A DNA stretch of 39,486 nt, taken from positions 1 through 39,486 of the forward strand of contig JBNAVT010000004.1 in assembly GCA_049700215.1 (NCBI GenBank). The letters are read 5' to 3'. Below are positions 1-8,413 of this stretch, one piece after another. The DNA comes from Thermoproteota archaeon (lineage in GTDB: Archaea; Thermoproteota; EX4484-205; JAAOZP01). The position numbers and the translations under genes were made by a program. Within the stretch, counting starts at the first letter, position 1. Each line of letters begins with the position of its first letter. Under the pieces are notes generated by a model. The model was not told the DNA's origin, made no database searches, and saw only the letters and a list, made by a program, of their open reading frames with translations.

Positions 1-1
1 T

Positions 2-1456
2 GATCCTAGGATGTTAGCTCACCTCATCGATGAGACAAAGAATCTGAAGTATTATAATCTGAAGCCAACTACTAAGGTAATAGGCAAGGAGGGGGAAATA
101 AGCCTTGGAAATAGAATAGGCGAAGGACTCTACAAAGCAAAGCTATGGTTAAACGGTGAAAGCGAGCCGGTGGAATTTACATTCCTTGTCAAAAAGGCGG
201 AGACGGATAAAATCTGGGTACCAACTAATTACTTGGGTGAAGCAGTAGGGAAGGAGATTGCCAATCTTGAGATTTACGAATTAAAGCTGGAATTTTATTT
301 TCCGATCGAATTTGTAATAGCCGATAAGAAGGTAACACTCAATCTCTACAAAAATGAAATACGTTTGGAGGAGAAGACAATCCCAATTAATGAAATAAAG
401 AATATAGGATGTGAGGATGGAAAGGTTTATGTGAGAGTAAGTACAGGTGCCAAGAACACAGTGGGCTCACCTCTTGAGTTAATTTTTCACGAAAAGGATC
501 GCGATGTGAAGATTCGGATAGACGGACACACGTATTCCATTGACAGTATTAGAGTAAATGAAGATGGGCTGATAACCATCAAATACGCGGGTGGGGTTAT
601 AGGAAAATATACAATAAAGTCAGGGCCTCTCAGTTTCGAAAAGGGAAAGATGATAATAGAGCTTAATGAAAAGCTCGAGGGCCAAGAGCATATTGGATTA
701 AGCGACAGGCTCTTCGAGAAGCTCGGCTACGACGCCCTTCAGGAGTTAAAGAACAGGATAGGGGATGATGTAAGTAACGATAGGAGGCTTGTGGTGCTTG
801 TGAATTTCGATAATGACAAGGTTGCCTATTGTGGAAGTAAGCAATTAAGTGTCGCTGTATCTCCCGGGGCGAAGGATGTGGTATCAGTGTGCATAATCTC
901 TTATGAAGATGTTCTAAATGATTATCTACGTATGAAGGCCTTCGAGCTAATGAAATTAGATCTTAGCAATCCTGGAAGTAAGTCTATAATAGGAGATGTT
1001 GGACAATTAATAACGCAGAAGAGATATGAAGATGTCATTCTCACTAAAGTCTTCGAGGTAACCGGGATTCCCAAAGATGCTATGGAACTAGAATGGATGG
1101 GAAGAAAGGGAGAGGAAGAGCCGGATTTCGCTATATATGCCAAAAAGAAGATAATCATAAATGGAATGACCATTGAAGAAAAAGGCGTGATTGCAATAGG
1201 CGAGATTAAGAGCACAACCCAAATAGAGGATGTGGAGAATTTCAGAGGCCGAATAGAAGAGGCAGAAAAAGCTTTTCGCGAGAAATACTTTGTAAAAGAA
1301 GAATATAAGAACACTCTATATGGAATATCAATTACCCTTGCATTTGAGCCAGGGCTTATAGTTGAAGATCTGCCTTTACCAGCTAAGGTTGGGGACCTTG
1401 ATAATCCATTTATAGAGGTGGCTAAAAAAGAGGATATAATGAATAAGAAGGGATGA
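2..1456 (+). CDS. 5'-truncated large protein with C-terminal PD-(D/E)XK nuclease-like domain (candidate polymorphic toxin)
   Basis: The frame is open from base 2 (gat cct agg atg), so the gene may start upstream of the window. The C-terminal ~150 aa show GDVGQ (~992), EPDFAIY (PD at 1121-1126) and GEIKST (EIK at 1202-1210), the order expected of a restriction-endonuclease fold. Visibly AT-richer than downstream genes. Confidence 0.6.
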   Translation, partial: DPRMLAHLIDETKNLKYYNLKPTTKVIGKEGEISLGNRIGEGLYKAKLWLNGESEPVEFTFLVKKAETDKIWVPTNYLGEAVGKEIANLEIYELKLEFYFPIEFVIADKKVTLNLYKNEIRLEEKTIPINEIKNIGCEDGKVYVRVSTGAKNTVGSPLELIFHEKDRDVKIRIDGHTYSIDSIRVNEDGLITIKYAGGVIGKYTIKSGPLSFEKGKMIIELNEKLEGQEHIGLSDRLFEKLGYDALQELKNRIGDDVSNDRRLVVLVNFDNDKVAYCGSKQLSVAVSPGAKDVVSVCIISYEDVLNDYLRMKAFELMKLDLSNPGSKSIIGDVGQLITQKRYEDVILTKVFEVTGIPKDAMELEWMGRKGEEEPDFAIYAKKKIIINGMTIEEKGVIAIGEIKSTTQIEDVENFRGRIEEAEKAFREKYFVKEEYKNTLYGISITLAFEPGLIVEDLPLPAKVGDLDNPFIEVAKKEDIMNKKG

Positions 1457-1460
1457 CGAG

Positions 1461-2129
1461 GTGAGTCAAAGCTTTCCTGAGAGATTGAAGAATTACCTTA
1501 ATGAAAGGTATAAGAACGAGAGGTACTTTGAGCCATATGAAATAGAAACAAATCCAAATCTGCTACCCTCCACTATAGAGGGTAAGCACACCAAATGGTC
1601 TGTAGAGACAGAATGGCCTGAGAGTTGCAGTTGCATCAAGGAGGATGTAGATGGAAAGGTGTGGATAGTATCTTATCCACTATGTTGGATAGATGACTGG
1701 CTGAGTGAAATATTATGGAAAATTTACGGTCCTAGAATCAAGGGGGCGGAGGGGGAAGAGAAGAGAAGACTTTTTGCTAGGATGCATGAAAAAGAGGATG
1801 AAATATTTAATGATCTTCTAAACAGGAAGAATTGGGACAAGTATCTCAAAAAGAGACTATACAGAGACCTTGTTATAGATTTAATGTGGTCCGATGAGGT
1901 GGCGAAGAGGATAAGCGAGAAGTTCGGCATTGAGATCATACTAGTCATATCGCATATGAATTATAAAACCTACCTTAACTCATCCTTCGATTCAAAAGGC
2001 TTGAATGAGGAACAGAAGTTTGAAGAGATAAAGAAAAGAGTTGAGGCGATTCTTGCCGCACGCAAATTGTATGGGGATAGTAAGGAGCGCAAGAAGTTCT
2101 GGAAAGAGTTATTGGCAAAGGCCAAATAG
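1461..2129 (+). CDS. hypothetical protein, candidate immunity protein for the upstream nuclease
   Basis: 222-aa ORF with a GTG start after a 4-nt gap following the upstream stop. Same AT-rich composition, charged and helical-looking, no recognised family. Function inferred from position only. Confidence 0.5.
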   Translation: MSQSFPERLKNYLNERYKNERYFEPYEIETNPNLLPSTIEGKHTKWSVETEWPESCSCIKEDVDGKVWIVSYPLCWIDDWLSEILWKIYGPRIKGAEGEEKRRLFARMHEKEDEIFNDLLNRKNWDKYLKKRLYRDLVIDLMWSDEVAKRISEKFGIEIILVISHMNYKTYLNSSFDSKGLNEEQKFEEIKKRVEAILAARKLYGDSKERKKFWKELLAKAK

Positions 2130-2420
2130 TCAACCAATAGAACTCTTTAGCGCACGCTAATATTAAAACTTTAAGGCCGGGTATTGACGAAGACTTTTCT
2201 CTCGCCTCATTAACTCTTCTCACGCGTGCCTCCCTAGAGCAATCAACGTATTCGCAGAGGACCATGATTCAGGTTTAAATTAAAGGCAGATTAATTTCAG
2301 ACATGCTATCCTCACCGCCTTGCGACTCTCAGTAGGTACACTGCACCAACTGCATGCTTGCAAAGTTCGATAGCCGAAGATGCCTCATATTAGTGCGCCA
2401 GATAGAACTGCCGAGTTTCG

Positions 2421-3680
2421 CTATGGAAGAGGTATTGCTGAAGGACCGTCGGGGAGAAGGGTTATCCTCCCATGGGGCTTAAGGCTTGAAGCTATTTCTA
2501 AGCCTTCCTTCAGGCTTTTCGCATGCGTCATGTGCATGGATTCAACAGTCTTAGAATCCACGCCTCTTGAAACAACTACCACGCGAAACCTCTCCAAGAC
2601 TTTCGCCAAAACTTGGGCCTCCCACTGCGCCTCCCTCCATATTTCGCCAGCCCTCAGCCTCCTTAGGAACTCTCCCGGGCTGCTTGAGGAGGCAAGCATC
2701 TCGTAGAAACCTTGATGCCCAACGCCGTCGACGCATTCGCCGCACGCCACTATGACGCCGCCCTCCCTAGCTGTTAGAGCACCGTTTGAAATTCCTTTAA
2801 CAAGCTGGTAGAGGTTTCTGTCCAAAGGATAGCCCCCGTTAGAAGTTACCACTATGTCTCCTGGAACTGGTTTAACACCGCAGCACTTCAGAGTGAAAAA
2901 ACGCCCACTTCTATGGGCTTCAACCGGGTTGCCCGCGAAGGCTGAAAGAATCCTCTTACTCCCGTCTAGAACGACGTTCAGAATGAAACGGAGCTTTGCC
3001 AAGCGTGCTGCCTCCTGCATCTCCTCGTATATCGGGTTTCCGTCAGCCACCCCGCACCTAGCGTTCGGATGGTCAATATTCCTTGGAGAATGATTGTTCA
3101 TGATCGTTTCAACCCCTGAGATACCGGGGAGAATGCTCTTGGGCCCACCGGTGAACCCTGCGAAGAAGTGGCCCTCAATATATCCTTCAGCAACCACCAG
3201 GTCAGCCTGTTTTAAAAGAGTGTTCACGTAAAGCATGTTGCTGGTTGATAGTGATCCAAGGTTCACAAGCGAGCCGATGTTTTTAGCCGAGTGAATAACA
3301 ACCTCCTCTAAATAGTCCAGCGCCTCGCCAAACTTCTCTTTCAACTCGCTCCCGCTGGGAGACCATTCGTGTAGCCCGGTAGCAACTAGTAATCGTACAG
3401 AAGCCTTTGGTGACGCCTTCTTCATTTTTGCGACAAGCCTTGGGAGAGTAGTTTTACTCGGGACGGGCCTAGTGTTATCACTACTAATAATTACTATCCT
3501 GCTTGCTTTCTCAGCAAGCTTATCAAGGCTTTCAGATCCTATTGGATTCGACAAGGCTTTTTCAACGCAAAAATCAGGGTTGGTAGGCTTAGGCCAAGAC
3601 GGCGTGAGATGAGCCTGAATCCTATAATCCTCAACCTCACATTCTTCAAAACCTTTGCCGAAAGGTATCTTAACCAGCAT
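2421..3680 (-). CDS. larA: nickel-pincer (NPN)-dependent lactate racemase family protein (LarA homolog)
   Basis: Motifs SDNTRP, ATGLH, HFFAGFTGGPKSILPG and GYPLDRNLYQLVKG; 419 aa. Substrate is not necessarily lactate. Confidence 0.88.
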   Translation of the reverse strand: MLVKIPFGKGFEECEVEDYRIQAHLTPSWPKPTNPDFCVEKALSNPIGSESLDKLAEKASRIVIISSDNTRPVPSKTTLPRLVAKMKKASPKASVRLLVATGLHEWSPSGSELKEKFGEALDYLEEVVIHSAKNIGSLVNLGSLSTSNMLYVNTLLKQADLVVAEGYIEGHFFAGFTGGPKSILPGISGVETIMNNHSPRNIDHPNARCGVADGNPIYEEMQEAARLAKLRFILNVVLDGSKRILSAFAGNPVEAHRSGRFFTLKCCGVKPVPGDIVVTSNGGYPLDRNLYQLVKGISNGALTAREGGVIVACGECVDGVGHQGFYEMLASSSSPGEFLRRLRAGEIWREAQWEAQVLAKVLERFRVVVVSRGVDSKTVESMHMTHAKSLKEGLEIASSLKPHGRITLLPDGPSAIPLP

Positions 3681-3890
3681 GATGACTCGTTTGTTTCAAG
3701 GGTTTATATCTTTAACCGTTGTCCGACAGAACGCGCTCAAAGCATATTTATAGGGTAAGCTCCCAGTAAGCCCTCTGGGACGAAAATATCATGTTGCGGA
3801 ATTTCGTTCTGGAGCGCACGCTCCAGCTTCCAGTTTTTCTCTACCGCGCTAGGCAGCATAAGAAACCTGGACTGAACTATGGGAAGTAGG

Positions 3891-3929
3891 GAAAGGTTTA
3901 TATATCGTCATCGATATCGACAGCGACAT
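3891..3929 (+). promoter_or_regulatory. BRE/TATA promoter of the PadR operon with two overlapping palindromic operator candidates
   Basis: GAAAGG-TTTATATA at 3891-3904, ~25 nt before ATG 3928 (leaderless spacing). ATATCG-tcat-CGATAT at 3902-3917 and ATATCG-acag-CGACAT at 3914-3929. Confidence 0.65.
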
Positions 3930-4464
3930 GTTTAGACACTGGATGAGGCACATGGCTTACGCACCTAAGGGCCTTCTCAGATACCTAGTTCTAGAAAAGC
4001 TGAGCGAGAAGCCTATGTCCGGCTCTGAAATAATGGATAGGATTGAGGAGGAGACCCATGGAGCTTGGAGGCCAAGTCCAGGCTCAATCTACCCCCTGCT
4101 CACATGGCTACAGGAAAAAGAATTCATAAAGGCTCTTCCAAGGGATGAGAACGGGGTTAAACGTTACGAGTTGACCGACAAGGGCAAGAGGCTCCTTGAG
4201 GAGAAGAGTAAGATAAGGGAGAGGCTTGTTGAAAGAATGGCTTCTTTCCCTCTTCTGATCCCACCTCCTCCTTTCGCCAGAAGGTTTCCAGAGGATAGGC
4301 TTGGAGAGTTCCAAGAGCCCATTAAACGTCTTTTCACCGCCTTCAGAGATTTCATGATTCTTTCAAGAGACAAGGCGACTAAGGAGGATATTGCAGAAGC
4401 AGGTAGGGCGCTTGAGGAAGCCGCTGAGAAAATAGAGGAACTAAACAGGAAGATCAGGGAGTAG
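3928..4464 (+). CDS. PadR family transcriptional regulator
   Basis: KGLLRYLVL...PMSGSEIM...WRPSPGSIYPLL...YELTDKG winged-helix signature with a C-terminal helical extension. Confidence 0.92.
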   Translation: MFRHWMRHMAYAPKGLLRYLVLEKLSEKPMSGSEIMDRIEEETHGAWRPSPGSIYPLLTWLQEKEFIKALPRDENGVKRYELTDKGKRLLEEKSKIRERLVERMASFPLLIPPPPFARRFPEDRLGEFQEPIKRLFTAFRDFMILSRDKATKEDIAEAGRALEEAAEKIEELNRKIRE

Positions 4465-4471
4465 GTTCAGA

Positions 4472-5476
4472 ATGTCTGAGGAAGTCATAGTGGCTAGAGG
4501 GCTTACTAAGGTTTTCAACAGGAACCTGGTTGCAGTCGACCATGTGAGCTTCAGTGTTAAGCACGGTGAAATCTTTGGTTTTCTCGGTCCTAATGGCGCT
4601 GGCAAGACAACCACCATAAACATGCTTATAACTGTTTTAAGGCCAACTGAAGGCACAGCATCCGTTCTGGGATATGACGTTGTGAAGCAGGCTAACGAGG
4701 TTAGAAAAGTCATAGGTGTTGTTCCACAAGAGTACACGGCAGACGAGGATTTAACAGGCTACGAGAACATAATTCTATGCGCAGACCTGTACGGCATTCC
4801 ACGCGAAGTCTCGAAGAAAAGGGCTGTTGAACTGCTGGAGCTCGTTGAGCTCACCGGCTTCAAAGACAAGAAGGTTGAAACCTATTCTGGAGGGATGAGG
4901 CGGAGGCTCGAGCTCGCATGCGGGCTGATAAACAGGCCGAGGGTTCTTTTCCTAGATGAGCCGACACTCGGTTTAGACGTCCAAACCAGGGCTGCAACAT
5001 GGAACTACATTATGCGGTTGAGAGAGGAATACGATATGACTATTTTCATGACGACGCATTATTTGGAGGAGGCTGACACCCTGTGCGACCGCATAGCAAT
5101 AATCGACTACGGGAAAATCATCGTAACCGGAGATCCTGAAGAATTGAAGCATAGTTTAGGCGGCGACATCATAACGATAAGCATAAAGGAGGATGCTGAC
5201 ATTAGTGAATTAATCCGCGGCGTTGAAAACGTTAAGGAGGTTAGAAACGAGAACGGCTCCTATAGGATTAAGGTGGAATCCGGGGAGGTGACGGCTCCGC
5301 TGGTAATCGAGGCTCTCAGAAGGAACGGTTACACTGTGACAAGGCTTTCGCTTACAGAGCCCACTTTAAACGATGTTTACCTAGAGTACACTGGCAGGTC
5401 TATGCGTGACACGGAGGAGTCTAAAGAGTCTTTTCGAAGCCAGAGGATGACGATCAGGAGGGCGAGGGCGAGATGA
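4472..5476 (+). CDS. ABC-2 exporter ATP-binding protein (DrrA-like)
   Basis: Walker A GPNGAGKTT, signature YSGGM, Walker B LFLDEP, C-terminal PTLNDVYL motif. Confidence 0.93.
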   Translation: MSEEVIVARGLTKVFNRNLVAVDHVSFSVKHGEIFGFLGPNGAGKTTTINMLITVLRPTEGTASVLGYDVVKQANEVRKVIGVVPQEYTADEDLTGYENIILCADLYGIPREVSKKRAVELLELVELTGFKDKKVETYSGGMRRRLELACGLINRPRVLFLDEPTLGLDVQTRAATWNYIMRLREEYDMTIFMTTHYLEEADTLCDRIAIIDYGKIIVTGDPEELKHSLGGDIITISIKEDADISELIRGVENVKEVRNENGSYRIKVESGEVTAPLVIEALRRNGYTVTRLSLTEPTLNDVYLEYTGRSMRDTEESKESFRSQRMTIRRARAR

Positions 5477-6432
5477 GCAGGGCAAACGAGTATCATCCGA
5501 GCCTTCTCCGCAGCCTATGGGCTTTAACCGTCAGGGAGCTTAAAAAATGGTTAAACGACCCCGTAATGCTTCTAATGCTCGTAATCCAGCCTTTAATCTG
5601 GATGGGGCTTCTAGGGAAGTCGATGAACCTGGGCGCAATGTTTTCAGCAAGCAACCTGGGCAACATAGAGGTTCCGGAGAAAATCCCGATACCTGGAAAC
5701 TACGTGATTCCTCCGGCTAACGGAGTGATATACGTCAGCGGCACAATGGTTTCCCAAATAATCCAGCAGATGGTTTCAGATATTGGCTCGAACGTTATGA
5801 GGAATGTTTTCGGCGTCACGGATTACTTCAGCTACATGTCCATCGGCATGATCTCCATGATAGTCATGACTACGACGATGTTCAGCGGAATGTCTATAGT
5901 TTGGGACAGGCGTCTAGGGTTCCTAGATAAAGTTTTGAGCACACCCGTGCCGCGTGGAGCGATAATCTTTTCAAAGGTTCTTAACGCGACCCTGAGGGCG
6001 ATGCTTCAGGCCACGATAATCCTGACTCTCGCGACAATATTCGGGTTGCAGTTGAGCCCAAGCTTCACGCTTCTTAACATACTTGGCGTTTACGCTGCAA
6101 TATTCCTGCTCAGCGTCGGGCTTTCATCTGTTTTTCTAGCATTCTCTCTAAGATCCACTAAGTTGGAGAGGCCAATGCAATTCATAAGCTTAATCACTAT
6201 GCCGCTGATGTTTGCAAGCAACACTTTGTTCCCAATCACTCTAATGCCAGACTGGCTGCAGGCAGTAGCTTATGTGAACCCGCTTAGCTATCTGACAGAC
6301 GCTTTAAGACAATTGACGATCCTGGCTTTAGACTCTTCCAAGCTCATCACCGACTTTATCTACCTAGGTTTCTTCGCCGCCGTGCTTTCTTCAATAGGAA
6401 TAGTGCTTTCCTGGAGGTATCTATCCAAGTAG
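5473..6432 (+). CDS. ABC-2 exporter permease (DrrB-like)
   Basis: About six hydrophobic helices, DRRLGFLDKVLSTPV and MPDWLQ..NPLSY motifs; ATGA overlap with the ATPase gene. Confidence 0.9.
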   Translation: MSRANEYHPSLLRSLWALTVRELKKWLNDPVMLLMLVIQPLIWMGLLGKSMNLGAMFSASNLGNIEVPEKIPIPGNYVIPPANGVIYVSGTMVSQIIQQMVSDIGSNVMRNVFGVTDYFSYMSIGMISMIVMTTTMFSGMSIVWDRRLGFLDKVLSTPVPRGAIIFSKVLNATLRAMLQATIILTLATIFGLQLSPSFTLLNILGVYAAIFLLSVGLSSVFLAFSLRSTKLERPMQFISLITMPLMFASNTLFPITLMPDWLQAVAYVNPLSYLTDALRQLTILALDSSKLITDFIYLGFFAAVLSSIGIVLSWRYLSK

Positions 6433-6446
6433 GAGAGAACTGAAAA

Positions 6447-7133
6447 ATGGCTAAGACCATTATTAAAACTGTTGACCTGAGAAAAACCTACATGCAGGGC
6501 AAGATTCCTGTTGAGGCTCTTCGTGGCGTAAACCTTGAAGTGGAGGAGGGTGAGTTTCTTTCAGTACTGGGGCCTTCGGGGAGTGGGAAGTCGACTCTCC
6601 TAAACCTGTTAGGAGCCTTAGACAAGCCGACTGGTGGAAGGCTTTTCATCGAAAACACTAACGTGTCAACCCTGAATGATAATCAGCTCGCGGATTTAAG
6701 AATGAAAATAGGTTTCGTCTTCCAATTCTTCAACCTTATTCCAAGATTCACGGCGAAGGAGAACGTTGAACTAACTATGGCGATAGCTGGCTTAAACAAG
6801 AATGTGAGGAGAAAACGTGCTGAGGAACTCTTGGAGATGGTTGGTTTAGCCAGCAGGATGGACCATAAACCGACGGAGCTCAGCGGAGGGGAGCAGCAAC
6901 GCGTCGCGATTGCCAGGGCGCTAGCCAACAACCCTAGGTTCCTGCTCATGGATGAACCCACTGGAAACATAGACTCTAAGAACGCTTTTGAAATAATGCG
7001 GCTCGTAAAGAAGCTTAACGAGGAGAAGGGGGTGACGATAGTCATGGTTACTCACGACCAGCGCCTGGCTGCGGAAGCCAGGCGAACAGTCTACATGCTT
7101 GACGGCGCGATCGTCAGGGAGACGGTGAATTGA
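6447..7133 (+). CDS. ABC transporter ATP-binding protein (LolD/MacB-type)
   Basis: GPSGSGKST, IGFVFQFFNL, LSGGEQQRVAIARAL, LMDEPTGNID. Confidence 0.93.
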   Translation: MAKTIIKTVDLRKTYMQGKIPVEALRGVNLEVEEGEFLSVLGPSGSGKSTLLNLLGALDKPTGGRLFIENTNVSTLNDNQLADLRMKIGFVFQFFNLIPRFTAKENVELTMAIAGLNKNVRRKRAEELLEMVGLASRMDHKPTELSGGEQQRVAIARALANNPRFLLMDEPTGNIDSKNAFEIMRLVKKLNEEKGVTIVMVTHDQRLAAEARRTVYMLDGAIVRETVN

Positions 7134-7134
7134 A

Positions 7135-8409
7135 ATGAGGATAATCGATATGTTTTTGTATGCTTTCAGCGCGATAAGACTGCGGAAGCTTAGAGCCGGT
7201 TTAACAACGCTAGGCGTAGTAATAGGGATAGCAGCCATAGTGGCGTTGCTCTCAATAACTCAGGGGCTTCAAGTTGCAATATCCTCTCAGCTTCAGAGGG
7301 GTTTTGCGACAGACACCCTGATCGTTTCCGCGGGAGGAGGCTTGGGCGGCGGCAATGAGTTCAACCTGCTGGTTAAAGATGCTGAGACAATAAGAGAATT
7401 AGACAACGTTACGGCTTCGATCGCGGTGATTCAAAGGACATGTTACGTAAAATCCAACGGGCTTACGCGCCGAGTAACACTAATCGGCGTCGACTTCGCT
7501 GCCTACAGGGAGATTTACAGCAGCACGTTCGTAGCTGAGGACGGGAAAATCCCGTTAAATACTGAAGACGATGCTATCATCGTGGGGAAACAGGTGAGCG
7601 ACCCTTGGAATAACGGGACACTCTTCTGCACGACTGGCGACACTCTTGAGATAATTTGGACTAACACGACTGCACGCCCACTTAGAAACGAAACATACGC
7701 GGGCAGAGTAGTGGCTGTTCTCCGAGAGATTGGGGGTTTCACGATAGGCGGCCCCTCAGACAGCAGAGTATACATTCCGATTTCAAAAGCCCAAAGCTTC
7801 TTTAGAACTGAAACATGCGAGATGATAATCGTTAAATTGAAAAGTGATGATAAAGCCATGATTGACAGTACTGCGAAAGCCATAAGGGAAGCTTTAGGAG
7901 ACGGGGTCACGGTGACTTCTTCAACAGCCGTGCTAAACATAATTTCAAGCGTCTTCTCAACGATAGAACTCTTCCTAGCGGGAATCGCAGCAATCTCGCT
8001 CCTAGTGGCAGGGATAGGTATAATGAACATTATGTTCGTGTCTGTAATGGAGCGTACGAGGGAGATAGGTATTCTAAAAGCCTTGGGCATGAAGAACCGT
8101 CAAGTACTACTGATATTCCTATGTGAGGCAGCCATAATAGGTTTCCTAGGCACTCTAATCGGCATTGGAGCAGGATGGAGCTTAGCACAAATAGTTGTAA
8201 GAATATTCAGCTCATCAGGTGGTGCAGGCGGCTTACGCCAAGGAAACCAGGCGATTGTATCAAACGGCATCGCCATAACACCGGTTTTAACCCTCACTGT
8301 TATGCTTGGAGCCATCGTCTTCGGCTTGGCGGTCACCATGGTTTTCGCGCTATACCCTGCTTGGAGAGCCTCAAAACTTAAACCGGTTGAGGCGTTAAGG
8401 TACGAGTAG
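7135..8409 (+). CDS. FtsX/MacB-family ABC permease
   Basis: RKLRAGLTTLGVVIGIAA first helix, large extracytoplasmic domain, SVMERTREIGILKALG, and the PAWRASKLKPVEALRYE ending. Confidence 0.93.
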   Translation: MRIIDMFLYAFSAIRLRKLRAGLTTLGVVIGIAAIVALLSITQGLQVAISSQLQRGFATDTLIVSAGGGLGGGNEFNLLVKDAETIRELDNVTASIAVIQRTCYVKSNGLTRRVTLIGVDFAAYREIYSSTFVAEDGKIPLNTEDDAIIVGKQVSDPWNNGTLFCTTGDTLEIIWTNTTARPLRNETYAGRVVAVLREIGGFTIGGPSDSRVYIPISKAQSFFRTETCEMIIVKLKSDDKAMIDSTAKAIREALGDGVTVTSSTAVLNIISSVFSTIELFLAGIAAISLLVAGIGIMNIMFVSVMERTREIGILKALGMKNRQVLLIFLCEAAIIGFLGTLIGIGAGWSLAQIVVRIFSSSGGAGGLRQGNQAIVSNGIAITPVLTLTVMLGAIVFGLAVTMVFALYPAWRASKLKPVEALRYE

Positions 8410-8413
8410 GAAA

